64,000 nt of DNA from Octopus bimaculoides (lineage: Eukaryota), in contig NC_068987.1 in the NCBI RefSeq assembly GCF_001194135.2, positions 96,472,715 through 96,536,714 on the forward strand, in the 5' to 3' direction. Every line of letters starts with the position of its first letter. Within the stretch, counting starts at the first letter, position 1. A model generated the notes under the pieces. That model saw nothing but the letters and a program-made list of their open reading frames with translations. It did no database searches and was not told where the DNA came from. The translations under genes and the position numbers were made by a program. Of the stretch, positions 26,941 through 40,262 are shown piece by piece.

Positions 26941-27589
26941 ATAAATGATGACAGAGAACATTAACAATAAAAAAATTTTCTAAAATCACGACAAATTGTT
27001 TCATAATTTAAAAACATGTAAATAATTTATATTATTTAGAAATAAATAAATTACTTACATGCCTGCATTAATGCAAAATGCAAAAAATCCTTCAAAATAA
27101 TGCAGAATTTATGCTACATCCTCAGGTGAAAGAAAGTCCTTGTTAAACAAAATTTCGTCAAACTATTTCTCTGCCATTTATGACTTTATGCACTCCTTAT
27201 CATTTTCTTTTGTATCATACTGTATATATTCTATATGTTTTGTAGGATGATACATCACGGAGCTTTTAAATTTTTTGAGTACTACTGGATTACTTGAATC
27301 CATATATTGTGAACTGATGAACTCCCTTGGACCCTGGATATTCCTCTACCATCCAGTTTATATTTTAATTCTTGTACCTTGAGAGTATGCATTTGCACAT
27401 TGCCACCATCTCTCTCACTCGCTCAATCTCTCCCTCTGACTGGGGTAACCATGAATCTCCTCCACAGCAAGATACCTGTTTCTATCCCTCTGTCATACTT
27501 TCACTTCTATTCACCTGACACAAAGCCACCCCCTTCAATACCCATACTCTCTCAAAGGATCTTTGTCTTGCAAGTTACTTGCTCACCTC

Positions 27590-27770
27590 ACTAGTGTTGG
27601 TGCTGTGTAAAAAGCACCCAGTTCACTCTGTAAAGTGGTCGGTGTTAGAGAAAGCATCCAGCCATAAAAATCACGCCAAAGCAGGCTGTGGAGCTTGGCA
27701 GTCTTCTGGCTTACCAGCTCCTAGCAAAACTGTCCAACCCATGCCAACATGGAAGATGGATGTTTGATGA
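27590..27770 (+). mobile_element. SINE family D-related 3' end; similar tails at ~6375-6560, 7660-7900, 26125-26250, 31735-31930, 34860-35000, 39550-39695, 40505-40740 and 53000-53220
   Basis: gaaagcatccagcc..ccaacccatgccaacatggaa..gatg. Confidence 0.7.
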
Positions 27771-27827
27771 GTGGCTGGCTGGCTGGCTGGCTATATGTAT
27801 GTATGTATGAATGAACACACATACATA

Positions 27828-28775
27828 TGAGGTGGTATCAAAAAGTTCCTGAGCACACCAACAGCTGGCAGCACACGGTTACATGCACAGTGAAAGCTAA
27901 CAGTGACTTTCATGAGGCAGTGTGCCAAGTGACACAGCTGTGATTACTTTGCAAGTTGTGAAATTTGTGTTTTGGTGATCATGTGTATGCTGTAGTCTGT
28001 GATTTTGTCATGGATGGGAACAAAGGGCCAATGAAAAGTCTTGCATTAAACTTGGGAAGTCTGCTACAGAGACATTGAGTATGCTTCAGAAAGCTTACGG
28101 TGATATGGCAATGGGTCATACACAATGTTTTGAGTCAGGGGTTTTCAAACTTTTTGACTTGCAAGTCAAAAAGTTATATTTCAGGCTTTACCTTAGGGAC
28201 CCCCTTATAAACGCTTATGAAATTTATACATAAATATTTGCTTAAAATAACATATATTTTTACATTTATTTATTTAACAGTATTTAATAAATAGGTTTAT
28301 TGTCAATTAAAAGATTTCGATTAAAAAACATATATAAAATCAAATTGCCCATAAAAAGTATTTGCTGTCCACGGACCCCCTGTCTTGTCCTTGTGGATCC
28401 TGTGGTCCGTGAACCACAGTTTGAAAACCCCTGTTTTGAGTGACACGGGCGCTTCAAGAGTGGAAGAATATCCCTGGAAGACAATAAGTGATCTGGAAGA
28501 CCTACTATGAGCATCAACCTCAGAAATGTATTGTGCATTGAAAGTTCCTCTTCCAGGGCCAGACAGTCAATCGAGAGTTCTACAGCAATGTTTTGAAGCA
28601 TCTGGGGGAGGACATTCGGTGAAAGTGGCTGATCTGTGGAGCACAAAGAACTGGATTCTTCATGATGATAATGCACCCTGTCACCAAGCTCTCCTCACTT
28701 GTGAGTTTCTTGCCAAAAGCAACATGGTATCACTTCCTCACCTGCCTTATTAGCCAGCTTTAGCACCTGTGGTCG
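27828..28775 (+). mobile_element. Decayed, internally deleted mariner (Tc1/mariner) transposon
   Basis: TA|tGAGGTGGTATCAAAAAGTTCC left end. EQRAN...KLGKSATETLSMLQKAYGD..MGHTQCFE*HGRFKSGR.SLED..*SGRP (N-terminal HTH region). WILHDDNAPCH and PHLPY*PALAP (HHDNA and YSPDLAP motifs). Confidence 0.85.
28136..28433. mobile_element. 298-bp hAT-type MITE inserted in the mariner transposase
   Basis: Perfect 16-bp TIR CAGGGGTTTTCAAACT; perfect 8-bp TSD TTTTGAGT (28128-28135 and 28434-28441). Confidence 0.93.
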
Positions 28776-30563
28776 TGTGTGTATGTGTGTGTATGTGTGT
28801 GTGTATCTGTGTGTGGTATACTTGCTAAGCAAGTGATTTAATCTGCATTATGTGCTGAAACTAAAGCAATCAATATGGGAGACATGTTAGCCATTCAAAA
28901 ATGCACAAGAACTTTTAACTTCACTTAAACATCTATTATTTGCTATATAGTATCAAAATTTTCATTGCATGAACTGCAACCTGGTCATTGACAAGAATAC
29001 ACGACACACACAGACACACACACACACATACTTATTGTAAATGCTTTGATATCATTATCAAATGTGCTTTACAGTAATCTTATTTTAAAATTTGCATGTG
29101 TATTTGGCTGTCAGTTCTATAAAGAGATGACGAGCACTCAAAGTGGATGAAATTTGTGGAAAAGGGAAGATAAAGAAAACATAGGACAAAGTGATGAGGA
29201 ATAAACTCAAGAGGCTGAATCTCAAGGAGCTGAAGAAAGACTGAAGAGAGATTCCATGTCATTTTTGTGCCATACAGGAGAGGACCCAGCTAACTTATGC
29301 AAGCATGCAAAAATAGGACATAAAATGATAGTGGTAATGGAGCATTTGACTATATTATACCTCCATGGCTTTTGACAATTAGATTCAAAAAGTTTCTATA
29401 CATCATTCACCCCACTCCTTCATTACTTTATCATCTACTACTAACCTCTCTCATATCAACACGCCTCCTCCTTTCACTCTATTTCTCTCCCATCACACTG
29501 GATCTGTTCATATTCAATATCTCTTCTTCCACTGCCTATTCTTTATTACTAGCACTACTTCATATTCTATTCCCTACCCATTTATCACTCATTATTGGTA
29601 TCAAACACTACCCATTACTCCTATTCTTTTACTTTCATCCATTTACATTGTTATTTCTTACTCTATCTCACAATACTCCTCACTTCACACACTCGTACAT
29701 TTATATATTCATGTAATTCTTGAACTGAATACTTTTTTTTTATTTAATACATTATACAAAACCAATGAGTACCTACACTACATTCATTTGCAATCAAATC
29801 ACCCAAAAAACATAAACAAGAAGTTAAAAGTATATCCCTCAGAATCTTATAGTTATCAGCTAATGCACAAATTTTTAAAGGCTCACCACAATATTTTAAT
29901 GATGTATCTGATAGTAACTTTAAGGGCAAGTTAGCATACACTGACACTCAACCCAGGGCCCCAAAATACAACAAACATGAAAACATTAGCTAGTACAACC
30001 CACCTTATAACTTAGCAGTCAAAACCTCAGCAACCAGAGTAGTCTTCACTCATTAGAAACATCTTAAAACAACACAAATACACAATTTTTAACAAATACA
30101 CTATTAAATTCTCATACCTTTCCACCCAAAATTTTGCCCCCAAAATTGCAAACTCCAACATCTCAGAATCAACAAAAATGAAACAAAAGTCTAGCAGGTA
30201 ATGCAGCTGCCTCAAACATGCCTTATGCTTTTAAACTGAATATGTATAATTAAGGACACAAAACAAATCACTCCACAAACAAATCATACTTTGAAAGCCA
30301 ATGTCAGTATGACATCAAACCATTTTAAACAAAGATAGTATTCTTATACTCACATTTATGAACCCTAACAGATTTAACCATACATCACTAGCTTCATTCA
30401 GCCTAATACTCAGATATTTTAAAATATAACCACATTTAAAAGTAAAAATAGTTAAAGAAGATATGATTTTCTACCACCTTTGAGTTTTAAAATGAGAATT
30501 TTAATAACCACAGTGTTCCAGTAAATATTGTCTGTACGTTGTCATTTTAAGAGATGAGTGAGA

Positions 30564-30596
<33 letters not shown>

Positions 30597-30932
30597 GCAT
30601 CAGTGAGAGAAAGAAAGACTCGGAATGAGATGGAGAAAGAAGGAAGAGTTGAGGAAAAAGAGAGAGAAATTAAAGAAAAACTGGAGAAAGAAAACCAGAG
30701 AGTTTGAGAGAATAAACTAACACCATTTCTGCACCTCACCCTAATACTTCCTTCTATCACTCCATCACAACTAACAATCCCTTGAATCCTCCCTGCTTCA
30801 CTCTGAAGGAACTCAGACATGAGATTTATTCTGGTGTGTTGTTCTGCGAGGATTTTCGTATTTGTATACAAGTTTTGGAAAAGGTGAGAAACAAAGGCAT
30901 TGTTTCAAGACAAACAGGTGATCATCAACATA

Positions 30933-30970
<38 letters not shown>

Positions 30971-32304
30971 CGTGTGTGTTGCTGTATATGTGTATATGAA
31001 GATACCCATCCACGCATACGTGATAGAAAAAAGATGAAGAACAAGAAACAACAGACAGAGTTCACTTACTCATCAATTAGAGCAGCAAAACAACAGAGAG
31101 AGAGAGAGAGAGAGAAATAGAGCAAGTGAGTGAGAGTAAATGTGAGTGGGAAAGAGAACAGTCACTTATCTGCATACAAGAAAGACAAAACAAAATATGA
31201 GAGGAAAATGAAAGAAAAATAAACAAAGTGCGGAAGCGGAAAAGAAAAACAACAAAAATGAAACAATGACAACCAACCATCAAGCAAGAACTTGTTTGAA
31301 AATCTTCATAGTTTTAATAGCATTTCACAAGAACATTCCAGAATGTTCACACTATTTTTAGAAATCTTTTAGTAGACAGTCAATCAATTGAAAAAAAAAA
31401 ATAATAATAAAAACAATAACAATAACAGCATCAACACCAGCAATAATTGGTTCTTTATTTGTCACAAGGGAATAATAATAATAATGATGCCGATGACAAT
31501 GATGATGCCAAAGATGATGATGACAATAATAATGGAGGTGATGATGACAATTTCTTAATGATTATTAAAGAAATAAAACTTAAAATTCAATAATTATTCA
31601 TTCCCTTATCTTCCTGACAGTAGCTGGAATAAAAAGAAGGGAGTCACTTTAGGAGACCAACTTATAACATCCTCCCCACTCCACTCATTGATCTTACTTC
31701 ACTCCAGCCAAGTGTATGTTCTGTGTATCATACATACAACATTCTAATCGTTGTTGTTGTCATTTTAATGTCCATTTTTTCCATGTTTCCATAGACCACA
31801 CAGAACTTATTGAGGCAGATTTTCTATGGTCAGTTGCCCCTCCTGTTGCCAACCTTCACCTGTTTCCAAGCAAGATAATATTTCCTCATAAGCAGACATG
31901 TTTCATAGAAGGATACTGCTTGTATGATGATGATGATCATTCACAATCATCACATGATATCAAGACAAGAACACACACACACACACACACACGAAGAGCT
32001 CCTTTCAGTTTCTGTCAATGAAATCCACTCACAAGGCTATGGTTGGCCCAAGACTACAGATAGAGACACTTGCCTAAGTGAATCTAAAACCATGTATTTG
32101 GGAAGCAAACTTCTTGGCTACACAGCCATGGTCATGTAGTAAGAGTACAAAAACTAGTATGGAAACTAAAATTAAGAATAGAGTACCTGAGAATATTAAT
32201 ATAAAATGTATTTTAACAGAGCTTTGCATAAGTGACATCTCACTTTTGGCAAATGTGAAGTAAGTTTTGTTAGTGGAATAAATTCCCTGTATATGTTTAA
32301 TATT

Positions 32305-32515
32305 GATTTCAAATTCTGACACAAAGGCAGCAATTTTGGGAGAGGAAGTAAGTCAACTACATTGAGTCCAGTGCTCAATTGGTACTTATTTTATCAACCC
32401 CAAAAGAATGAAAAGCAAAGTCAACCTCAACAGAATTTGAACTCAGAATATGAAGACATGAAATGCCACTAAGCATTTTGCCCAGCATGCTAATGATTCT
32501 GCCAGCTTACCACCT
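32305..32515 (-). mobile_element. SINE family A, full length
   Basis: Head aaggtggtaagctggcagaatcattagcatgctggg, B box ctgagttcaaattct. Confidence 0.82.
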
Positions 32516-32639
32516 TGTACATGGTTAATATTGATAATACTAATTAAATGTACAGCTCCTCAGTTTCATTCATTTTTACACCAGTTTTTCTAGGAGTGTG
32601 GGTCTAGGTCATATGCTTTTCTATAATCAGACTACATAA

Positions 32640-33400
32640 TGCATAAATTTGTCACTCTCTCTCTTTGTCAGTCATAAACTGGTCTTATGTTCTACACTTC
32701 TTTTCAATGGCTTTTTCATTCATCAAGCATTAGGTGTTTCTCATACAGGTGTTGGTATACCTCTTTTATGATTATTCCTGTTAAGAATTTCCACATAATT
32801 TGTAAACACCTACTTGGTTGGTAATTTGAGACAGAGTTTCCTTTCAATTTGTCATTCAGCATTAGGCAGGTTCATTATATTGAGTGCCTATCAAAAGGGG
32901 AAGTACCACAGTGGTAGTTCCCTTTTTTTATAGGTATGCATATACTTGTCAAACAAACTCTTTCAGCCAGCAACCACAGACCAGGTTTGGTCGTGCTTTT
33001 TACACTTTCCTATCTTTTTATATTATTTTTGTGGTGCTATAATTCTTCTGTGCCTCAACATTTTCAGAATAATTTTCCACTTGCTTTATCCACTGAACTT
33101 TATTATTGTGTTTGGCATTTTTTCCCCAAACTTCTCACCAGTTTGCTTGACTTCAACATTCAGTCTTATGTGATCTTGAAAAACATCAAAAAGCTGCTTC
33201 TGGTTTGATTGAAAGAAGTGATTTTGCTCACAATGGTTGTCTCTTTATATTTTCAAATTTTGGCAGCTTTTTCCATTACTGTATTCTTTTTCAATCATTG
33301 TCCAAATTCCTTTTTCCTTATATCATACAATTCCTCTAAACTATCTTTCTCTTCTTTCTTTAATTTACCCTGCTTCTACAGAGTCAGTTGGCTATGTTTA
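32640..33400 (-). mobile_element. Decayed R4/Dong-like LINE internal fragment (pre-RT region and start of RT)
   Basis: Minus strand reads ...LQIMWKFLTGIIIKEVYQHLYEKHL...RT*DQFMTDK, resembling NYRPITCLP.MWKLLTGI...GTKDQLLIDK, plus EELYDIRKK...KAAKI. Many stops and frameshifts. Confidence 0.7.
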
Positions 33401-33559
33401 CTAAGAATTCACTGAATAACTGACAAAAAGGATAATGACAATCTTCTGTCTTGCCACAAACAGAAGCAGAGTGGGGATCCCTGTGATCTCAAAGCTACAA
33501 GTGAAAGTAATGCTCACCAATATAAGGAACAATATCTTATCTATTAACTGTAAGGAACC

Positions 33560-34080
33560 ATGTGCATGATATTCAAAACTGAAGATGAAACAAAATGGCA
33601 AGTTGATCTGATGTGTAACACACCAGCCCAGAGATTCTTGTCACAATACTTAATGTGGTGTCAAGGTGAAAGATATTGGCACTCGCACATTGAACCTTTG
33701 GCTTATTTTGGCTTTTATGACACAGCATGAGACAGAGTAAGCACCAAGGTTAACAGGAATAAACTGCAGTGAGGTAGGTATGTATGGACATACAAGTCCT
33801 AATGACTTGCAAAAACTACAGAGCTATTCTGGAGATGTGATCTATCAAGAATGTAAAAAGAAAAGTTATAAGACTAGAGGTGCAGGGCAGAAAACTCAAC
33901 TGCTACACATGTGACAGAGAAGCACCCAAGAGCTTGCAATCCAATTGAGATTGAGTGGTAAAGAAGAGAGTAGCAGAGACTGCAACAAAAGCTACAACCA
34001 GCAGAAAATGATGTTCTCAAAGTACCACTGATCTTAATTCCAGAAACAATGGATGAGATCAACTTATCCTCAGTTCCAAA
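33560..34080 (+). mobile_element. Possible decayed LINE ORF1 (gag-like knuckle remnant)
   Basis: IRLEVQGRKLNCYTCDRE resembles a V.VEGR...C..C knuckle; otherwise degenerate. Confidence 0.3.
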
Positions 34081-35386
34081 AAAAAAAATGATAAAGTGAC
34101 TTCCTCCCACTGCCATAACCCTCAGCATAATTCCCATTGTCTGGCAATGACAAGGAGAAGATGGAAAATTAACAGAGACGGTAGACCATCATGGACAGTG
34201 GAAATAAAAAACAAGAAAAAGAATCCCCAAAGCAAAATAAAAAAAGGAACTCAATGAATAAGAGATGGCAAAATAACAGAGTAATTAAACCACAGATGAG
34301 ACTAGATACTGATGGTCACTTTAACAAGAAGCTGAATCACCAAAATCAAAGAAAGGAAAGCATTGACTACAAAAAGTCTGAAACAAATTGCAACTAAAAT
34401 AAAAATTAAGAAATCAGAAAAAATGTGTTTTATTGATTTCATTGTAATATAGTCTGAATAGAGGAAATGGTAAATAGAAGTATGAGTAAAGCTCCAGGCT
34501 GTATACTTATTTTTGACCTGAAGACACACACAAAGGGCTGGGAGAAGAGAAGGACGAAGGAAACAGAGACACCTAAATAGAATAAAACAATAATTGGATA
34601 GTCTGGATTTATGGGCAAAGAAAACTTCATGAAACCATTTTTAGGAACGGCTGAATAGCTGCAGCATTGGGAAGTTTGATTTAAGTTTAACAACTGTCTG
34701 GAACATTGTAGTGACTCTTAGACAAGGTATATGACTCCGCTAGCTTCAGTGAAGTTATGTGTAGAAAATTTGACGCCACAATACTGGTGGTCAACAAAAA
34801 GAGAAAGAAAAAAAATCATCAGCTATTTCAACAATTCACAAAATATATCATTGTCGTTATCATTGTCTGCTTTCCATGCTGGCATGGGTTGGACAGTTTG
34901 ACAGGAGGTGGCAAACCAGAGGACTACACCAAGCTCTACTGTCAATTTTGATTAAGTTTCTACAGCTGGATGCCCTTCTTAATGCCAACGACATTACAGA
35001 GTTGATCCATTTCCCCGTGCCAATATGGATTGGACTAATACATATTACTGAAGCTTTATTTTACAACTGGATGTCCTTCCTATCAAAAACCCTTACTTGC
35101 TTTTCAAGAGATTTGTTTCTTCCACTTATCTTCAAAAGTACAGACTTGCAGGACAATTTGTTAACTGAGAATGTCAATGTAACACCAGTTTTGCCCAAGG
35201 GAAAATAAACATTTACACATACACACACAACAGGCTTTCATACAGTTTCCATCTACCAACCCTACTTCCAAGAAGGAATTTGCCCAAGGTGCCTTGCAGT
35301 GATATTGAACTCAAAACCATGAAGTTCCACTACAAAAGACTGTATCCACATAATCATGCCTGAACAATGAGAATTACTAGAGGCAT

Positions 35387-35389
<3 letters not shown>

Positions 35390-35472
<83 letters not shown>
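35390..35472. repeat. (GA)n microsatellite, ~41 units
   Basis: Pure GA run. Confidence 0.95.
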
Positions 35473-35479
<7 letters not shown>

Positions 35480-36168
35480 GTTGCAGTTATACACTTACAC
35501 ATACCATATACAATCTATGTTTATAAATATTATGTTAAATATCAATGCATATAGATTGTGTTATTCTCCAGTATATTTCAATGTACAACTCCATGCTGCA
35601 TTTTACATAGCACTTTGTAACAATTCATATATTGAAAACATATGAATTACATGATTTAACTTGAATATACCACTGTCACCATTTTATGTCCTTGTTCCCC
35701 ATGCCTGAAAATGTTGGAAAACACCCAGACACACACACACAAATATAAATTTACTTAGTTTTTCAGATGATTTAAATAATGTAGTTATATGGTTTTCTTG
35801 GTGCACAACCTAAAATATCATAGAATCAGTAAAGTAGTAGACCATTATTCCATGCGTAACATTTCTAATAATCAACAGTGAATCAGTACATTAAAGATAT
35901 AAATATCTGAATAAATTGTTGTTAATAAGATCATCATTTTTCAAACCAGTAATTTCATCTCTAGAGGTAAAACATTTTTATTTTTATATTAACATCTAAA
36001 CATTTCAATTAGTTTAATCTCTGGTCACCATCAGATGTTTTATTCCCAGATAAGTAGTACAGAGTACAGACAGGATTCAATCTATAATAGTTATTAACCT
36101 TAGTATAGAAAATAAAGGTTACTAATTGAAATCCAACTAAGTACTATTTGGGTATTCTGAATATGCAC

Positions 36169-36355
36169 AATCAGAGATCAAAGCAACTGAAACTAGTATA
36201 CAATCAGAGATCAAACAAATTGAAACTAGCATAAATTAACGATCAAATTAATTGAAAATAATATACTATCTGAGATCAAATCAGTGTACAATCAAAGATC
36301 AAACTAATTGAAACTAGTAAATAATTAGAGATCAAACCAACTGAAGCTAGCATAA
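36169..36355. repeat. Degenerate ~33-bp minisatellite (caatcagagatcaaa.caa.tgaaactag.ata), ~6 units
   Basis: Recurring gagatcaaa and ttgaaactag motifs. Confidence 0.75.
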
Positions 36356-36563
36356 TATACATCCTTTTCTCCCATCCTTCCCTTCTCAAGTACATGACCA
36401 CACAACTACATAAACATAGGTATCAATTTGAAGACATACAGATTTGAAGGAGTCTCAGAGGAGACTGAGCATGTTGTTGATAAGGTTGTAAATGATGGAC
36501 AACTAACTGGTTATTCAATTGTCTAATTAAGCAAGCAATTGCTCAGTTGGTTGGTCAAATAAC

Positions 36564-36703
36564 CAACCAAATGGCAAATAACAAAGAAGTGAAACAGAAC
36601 CAGTGCATGTATTTATGATTGGTTCAATAAAAAATTTTTGTAAAACATCCAACCCATTAAATAGATGTTCATATATTCTTTGGCCCAGGTAGGAACCCAG
36701 CTC

Positions 36704-36743
<40 letters not shown>

Positions 36744-36926
36744 TTCAATTTTCTTATGTTTTGACAGACAATCTCAAGAACAATATTCTTTGCAAAATCA
36801 AAAATATGGAACCCTAGTCATAAGACTGACTTGAACTTCTAACTTGTTGAATCTTGAGGCCTCTGGGTGAGACTTGGAGTCAACTTGTACAAATAAAAAG
36901 CAAAAACAAAATATATAATAATAATG

Positions 36927-36961
<35 letters not shown>

Positions 36962-37122
36962 TATTATTATCATTATTATTATGGCTGGGTTCCTACCTGG
37001 GCCAAAGAATATATGCACCTCTATTTAATGAGTTGGATGTTTTACAAAGATTTTTTTATTGCACCAATCATAAACACATACACTGGTTCTGTTTCACTTC
37101 TTTGTTATTTGCCATTTGGTTG
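36564..37122. repeat. Inverted duplication, arms 36564-36701 and 36984-37122
   Basis: caaccaaatggcaaataacaaagaag...ggaacccagc versus gctgggttcc...ttatttgccatttggttg; a few mismatches. Confidence 0.88.
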
Positions 37123-37858
37123 AGAAGCTCAGGACTCAAAGCACAGACTGAAGGATTTTTAATTGCTTCACAAGACCAAAGCCTCCCAACCAGAAATTAC
37201 CAAAAACATATAATGAAAAGAAACATAACAAGTAACTGCAGAATATGTGGCGATGAACAAGAAACAATAAATCATATTATCTCTGGCTGCCCAGTCCTGG
37301 CTAAGAAGGAGTATATTCACAGACACGACAGAGCTGGGACCTACATGCACTGGAAGCTATGCCAACACTATGGAATAACAACAGAAAAAAGATGGTATAA
37401 ACACATGCCAGAAAAGGTCATAGAAAACGAGAAAGCAACAATACTCCGAGATATGCCAATACACACAGATAGAGAAATTAAGGCTAATAGACCAGATATA
37501 GTTGTCAGAGATCATGAAGAAAAAAAAATGCTTTCTAGTTGATGTATCAATACCAGCAGATGACAACGTTCCTCTATAAGAAATGGAGAAACTTTCAAAA
37601 TACAAAGACCTGGAAATAGAGGTAACTCGAATGTGGAATCTGAAAACAGAAACAATTCCTATCATAGTCGGTGCCTTAGGTATAATAAAAAAATATTCAG
37701 ACAAATACATAACAAAAACACCAGGACTTACAAATATATATAACATACAGAAAACTGCACTACTGGGCACTGCACACATCCTACGCAAAACACTTTCAAT
37801 ACAGTAACCATAAGAGCACCACAGCAAACCACAGCACATACCCAAGGCACACAGAGCC
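37117..37858 (+). mobile_element. 5'-truncated R4/Dong-like non-LTR retrotransposon: CCHC knuckle and restriction-like endonuclease, one frameshift
   Basis: WLRSSGLKAQTEGFLIA, CRICGDEQETINHIISGC (CX2CX8HX4C), RHD, NRPDIVV...VDVSIP, EKLSKYKDL...LLGTAHILRK. Frameshift in the A-run at ~37520-37528. Ends in (AAT)n. Confidence 0.9.
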
Positions 37859-37892
37859 GAATAATAATAATAATAATAATTAAAAAAAACTC

Positions 37893-38215
37893 TCAAAATA
37901 CAAAGATCTGGAAATAGAAGAAACTCGAATGTGGCGTCCAAAAACAGAAACAATTCCTATCATAGTAGGTGCATTTAGTATGATAAACAAAAATATTCAG
38001 ACAAATACATAGCAAAAACACCAGGACTTACGAATGTATATAACATACAGAAAATAGCACTACTAGGTACCGCACACATCCTACGTAAAGCATTTTCAAT
38101 ACATGAAAATAAGAGCACCACAACAAACCACAGCATATCCCCAAGGCATACAGAGCTGTACTTGGTAGTGCAGTGAAAGCATGTGATAAAAATAAGACTA
38201 CTGAATAATAATATA
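37893..38215 (+). mobile_element. Second, shorter 3' copy of the same R4/Dong-like element with complete 3'UTR
   Basis: Near-identical to 37597-37858 (KYKDLEIEETRMW...LGTAHILRK); ends in aataataat. Confidence 0.85.
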
Positions 38216-38586
38216 TTCTTTATCTTATATTTTTTTTTTTTATCAGTTTCAGTCAGTGGCCATGGTGGTGCACTGTATTCAACAGTTTTTAATTGATTAA
38301 TTATATCACCTCCACCATTACATGGATCCCTATAGAATGACTGAATCTATACATACATACACACACATATATATATATNNNNNNNNNNNNNNNNNNNNNN
38401 NNNNNNNNNNNNNNNNNNNNNNNNNNNNNNNNNNNNNNNNNNNNNNNNNNNNNNNNNNNNNNNGTATTGGATTTAACCAAACCCCGGAGGATACAGGTAG
38501 TACCGAGTAAGTGCTGTATACCGATTAGTTTGCCCCAATCGTTGTATGAACAGGATTGGGTATTATAAGTCGTGTATTAGCGTGTG

Positions 38587-38784
38587 TATATGTAAATATA
38601 TTAAAACAAAAAGATAAAGAGAGCAAAGGTAAGGTTGAAGAAATTTATGGATAAGAGCACCACAACAAACCACAGCATATCCCCAAGGCATACGGAGCTG
38701 TACTTGGTAGTGCAGTGAAAGCATAAATTTCTTCAACCTTACCTTTGCTCTCTTTATTTTTTTGTTTTTATATATTTACATATA
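38587..38784. repeat. Hairpin with ~62-bp arms whose loop is a copy of the LINE 3'UTR
   Basis: Arms 38587-38649 and 38722-38784; loop 38651-38724 matches 38110-38183 with one mismatch. Confidence 0.85.
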
Positions 38785-38804
38785 TATATATATATATATA
38801 TATA

Positions 38805-39170
38805 GGTGCAGACGTGGCTGTGTGATGAGAAGCTTGCTTCCCAACCATATGGTTCCATGTTCAGTCCCACAGCGTGGCATCTTGGGCAAGTGTCTTCTAC
38901 TACAGCCTTGGGCTGACCAAAGCCTTGTGAGAGGATTTGGTAGACAGAAACTGAAAGAAGCTTGCCATATATGTGTGTGTCTGTGCTTGACAACCGATGT
39001 TGGTGTGTTTATGTTCCTGTAACTTAGCTTTCAGCAAAAAATACCAATAGAATAAGTACCAGGCTTACAAAGAATAAGTACTGGAGGTCGATTTCTTTGA
39101 CTAAAAAACCCTTTAAGGCAGTGTTCCAGCATGGCCACAGTCAAATTACTGAAATAAATAAAAGAATGTG
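38805..39170 (+). mobile_element. SINE family B, near full length
   Basis: Same consensus. Confidence 0.85.
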
Positions 39171-39400
39171 TACTATATATACATATATAAATATCCATAA
39201 TTTTCTTTGATCTGATGAGCAAGCTTTTTTTACCTGTATTAATTTATAAATCAAGCAACTGCTGTATATAAATAATAATATATATATTAATACTGCATGT
39301 AAAAGAGTTATTATCTATTATACACTAAAATAAATTATTTTTCCATGACCAAGGCTGTGAAATGATCAGCAGTATATGGATATCATCTCCTCTCTTTCTT

Positions 39401-39524
<124 letters not shown>

Positions 39525-40214
39525 TAAGCACCTGGGACACTATAAATTGGGTGATGTTAGAAAGGGCATCCAGTCATAAAAACCATGCTAAAGCAGACAC
39601 TGGAGCATGATGTAGTCCTTTGACCCAATGGATCCTGTCAAGCAATCCAACCTATGACAGCATGGAACATGGATGTTAAATGATGGTGATGATATATACA
39701 CACACGTGCATACGCACAAACATCAGACAACTATTCAATCTTATTAAATTTCACAGTTATTCATCTTTTTTTTGTTTTTTTTTCTTTTTTGAAGAATTCT
39801 ATGTAAAATTGTAGATTGTCAACTAGTATTTTCATGACTGTATCATGAGTTGTGAAAGTTCCTTGGTGTAAATACAAGTTAAATGGATCCAATGTTATGA
39901 AGTCTTAGGAAATTTACAACTTCGATGATTTTGTGCAGGACATTGGTTTCCTGAAGTATATTCTGTGGTTTGCTAGTTTGTGGTTTCATGTTGAAAAGAA
40001 AAATTTTCATTCATGTGCTTTTGTAATACAACTATGAGTTTGTAGCTTGGTGAGACACATGCACTATTCTGGCTTATGAGTTATATTTGTAGCATACAAT
40101 ATATATGTTTTGTGTAGTTTTCATGGATGCTACATCTGTTGTGACAATGTGGGTGAATTTGTTTCATGTATTATTATTCAATGGCCTGATCTACTAATCT
40201 AATCAATTAAGGCA

Positions 40215-40259
<45 letters not shown>

Positions 40260-40262
<3 letters not shown>

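Noticed and set aside
36000-36050. Minus-strand CTGATGG...GAAATGTT resembling a third hammerhead
   Set aside because: Core mismatch and no convincing stem II.
36169-36355. ~33-bp periodic repeat resembling a CRISPR array
   Set aside because: Eukaryotic context, degenerate adjacent units, no unique spacers and no cas genes; a minisatellite.
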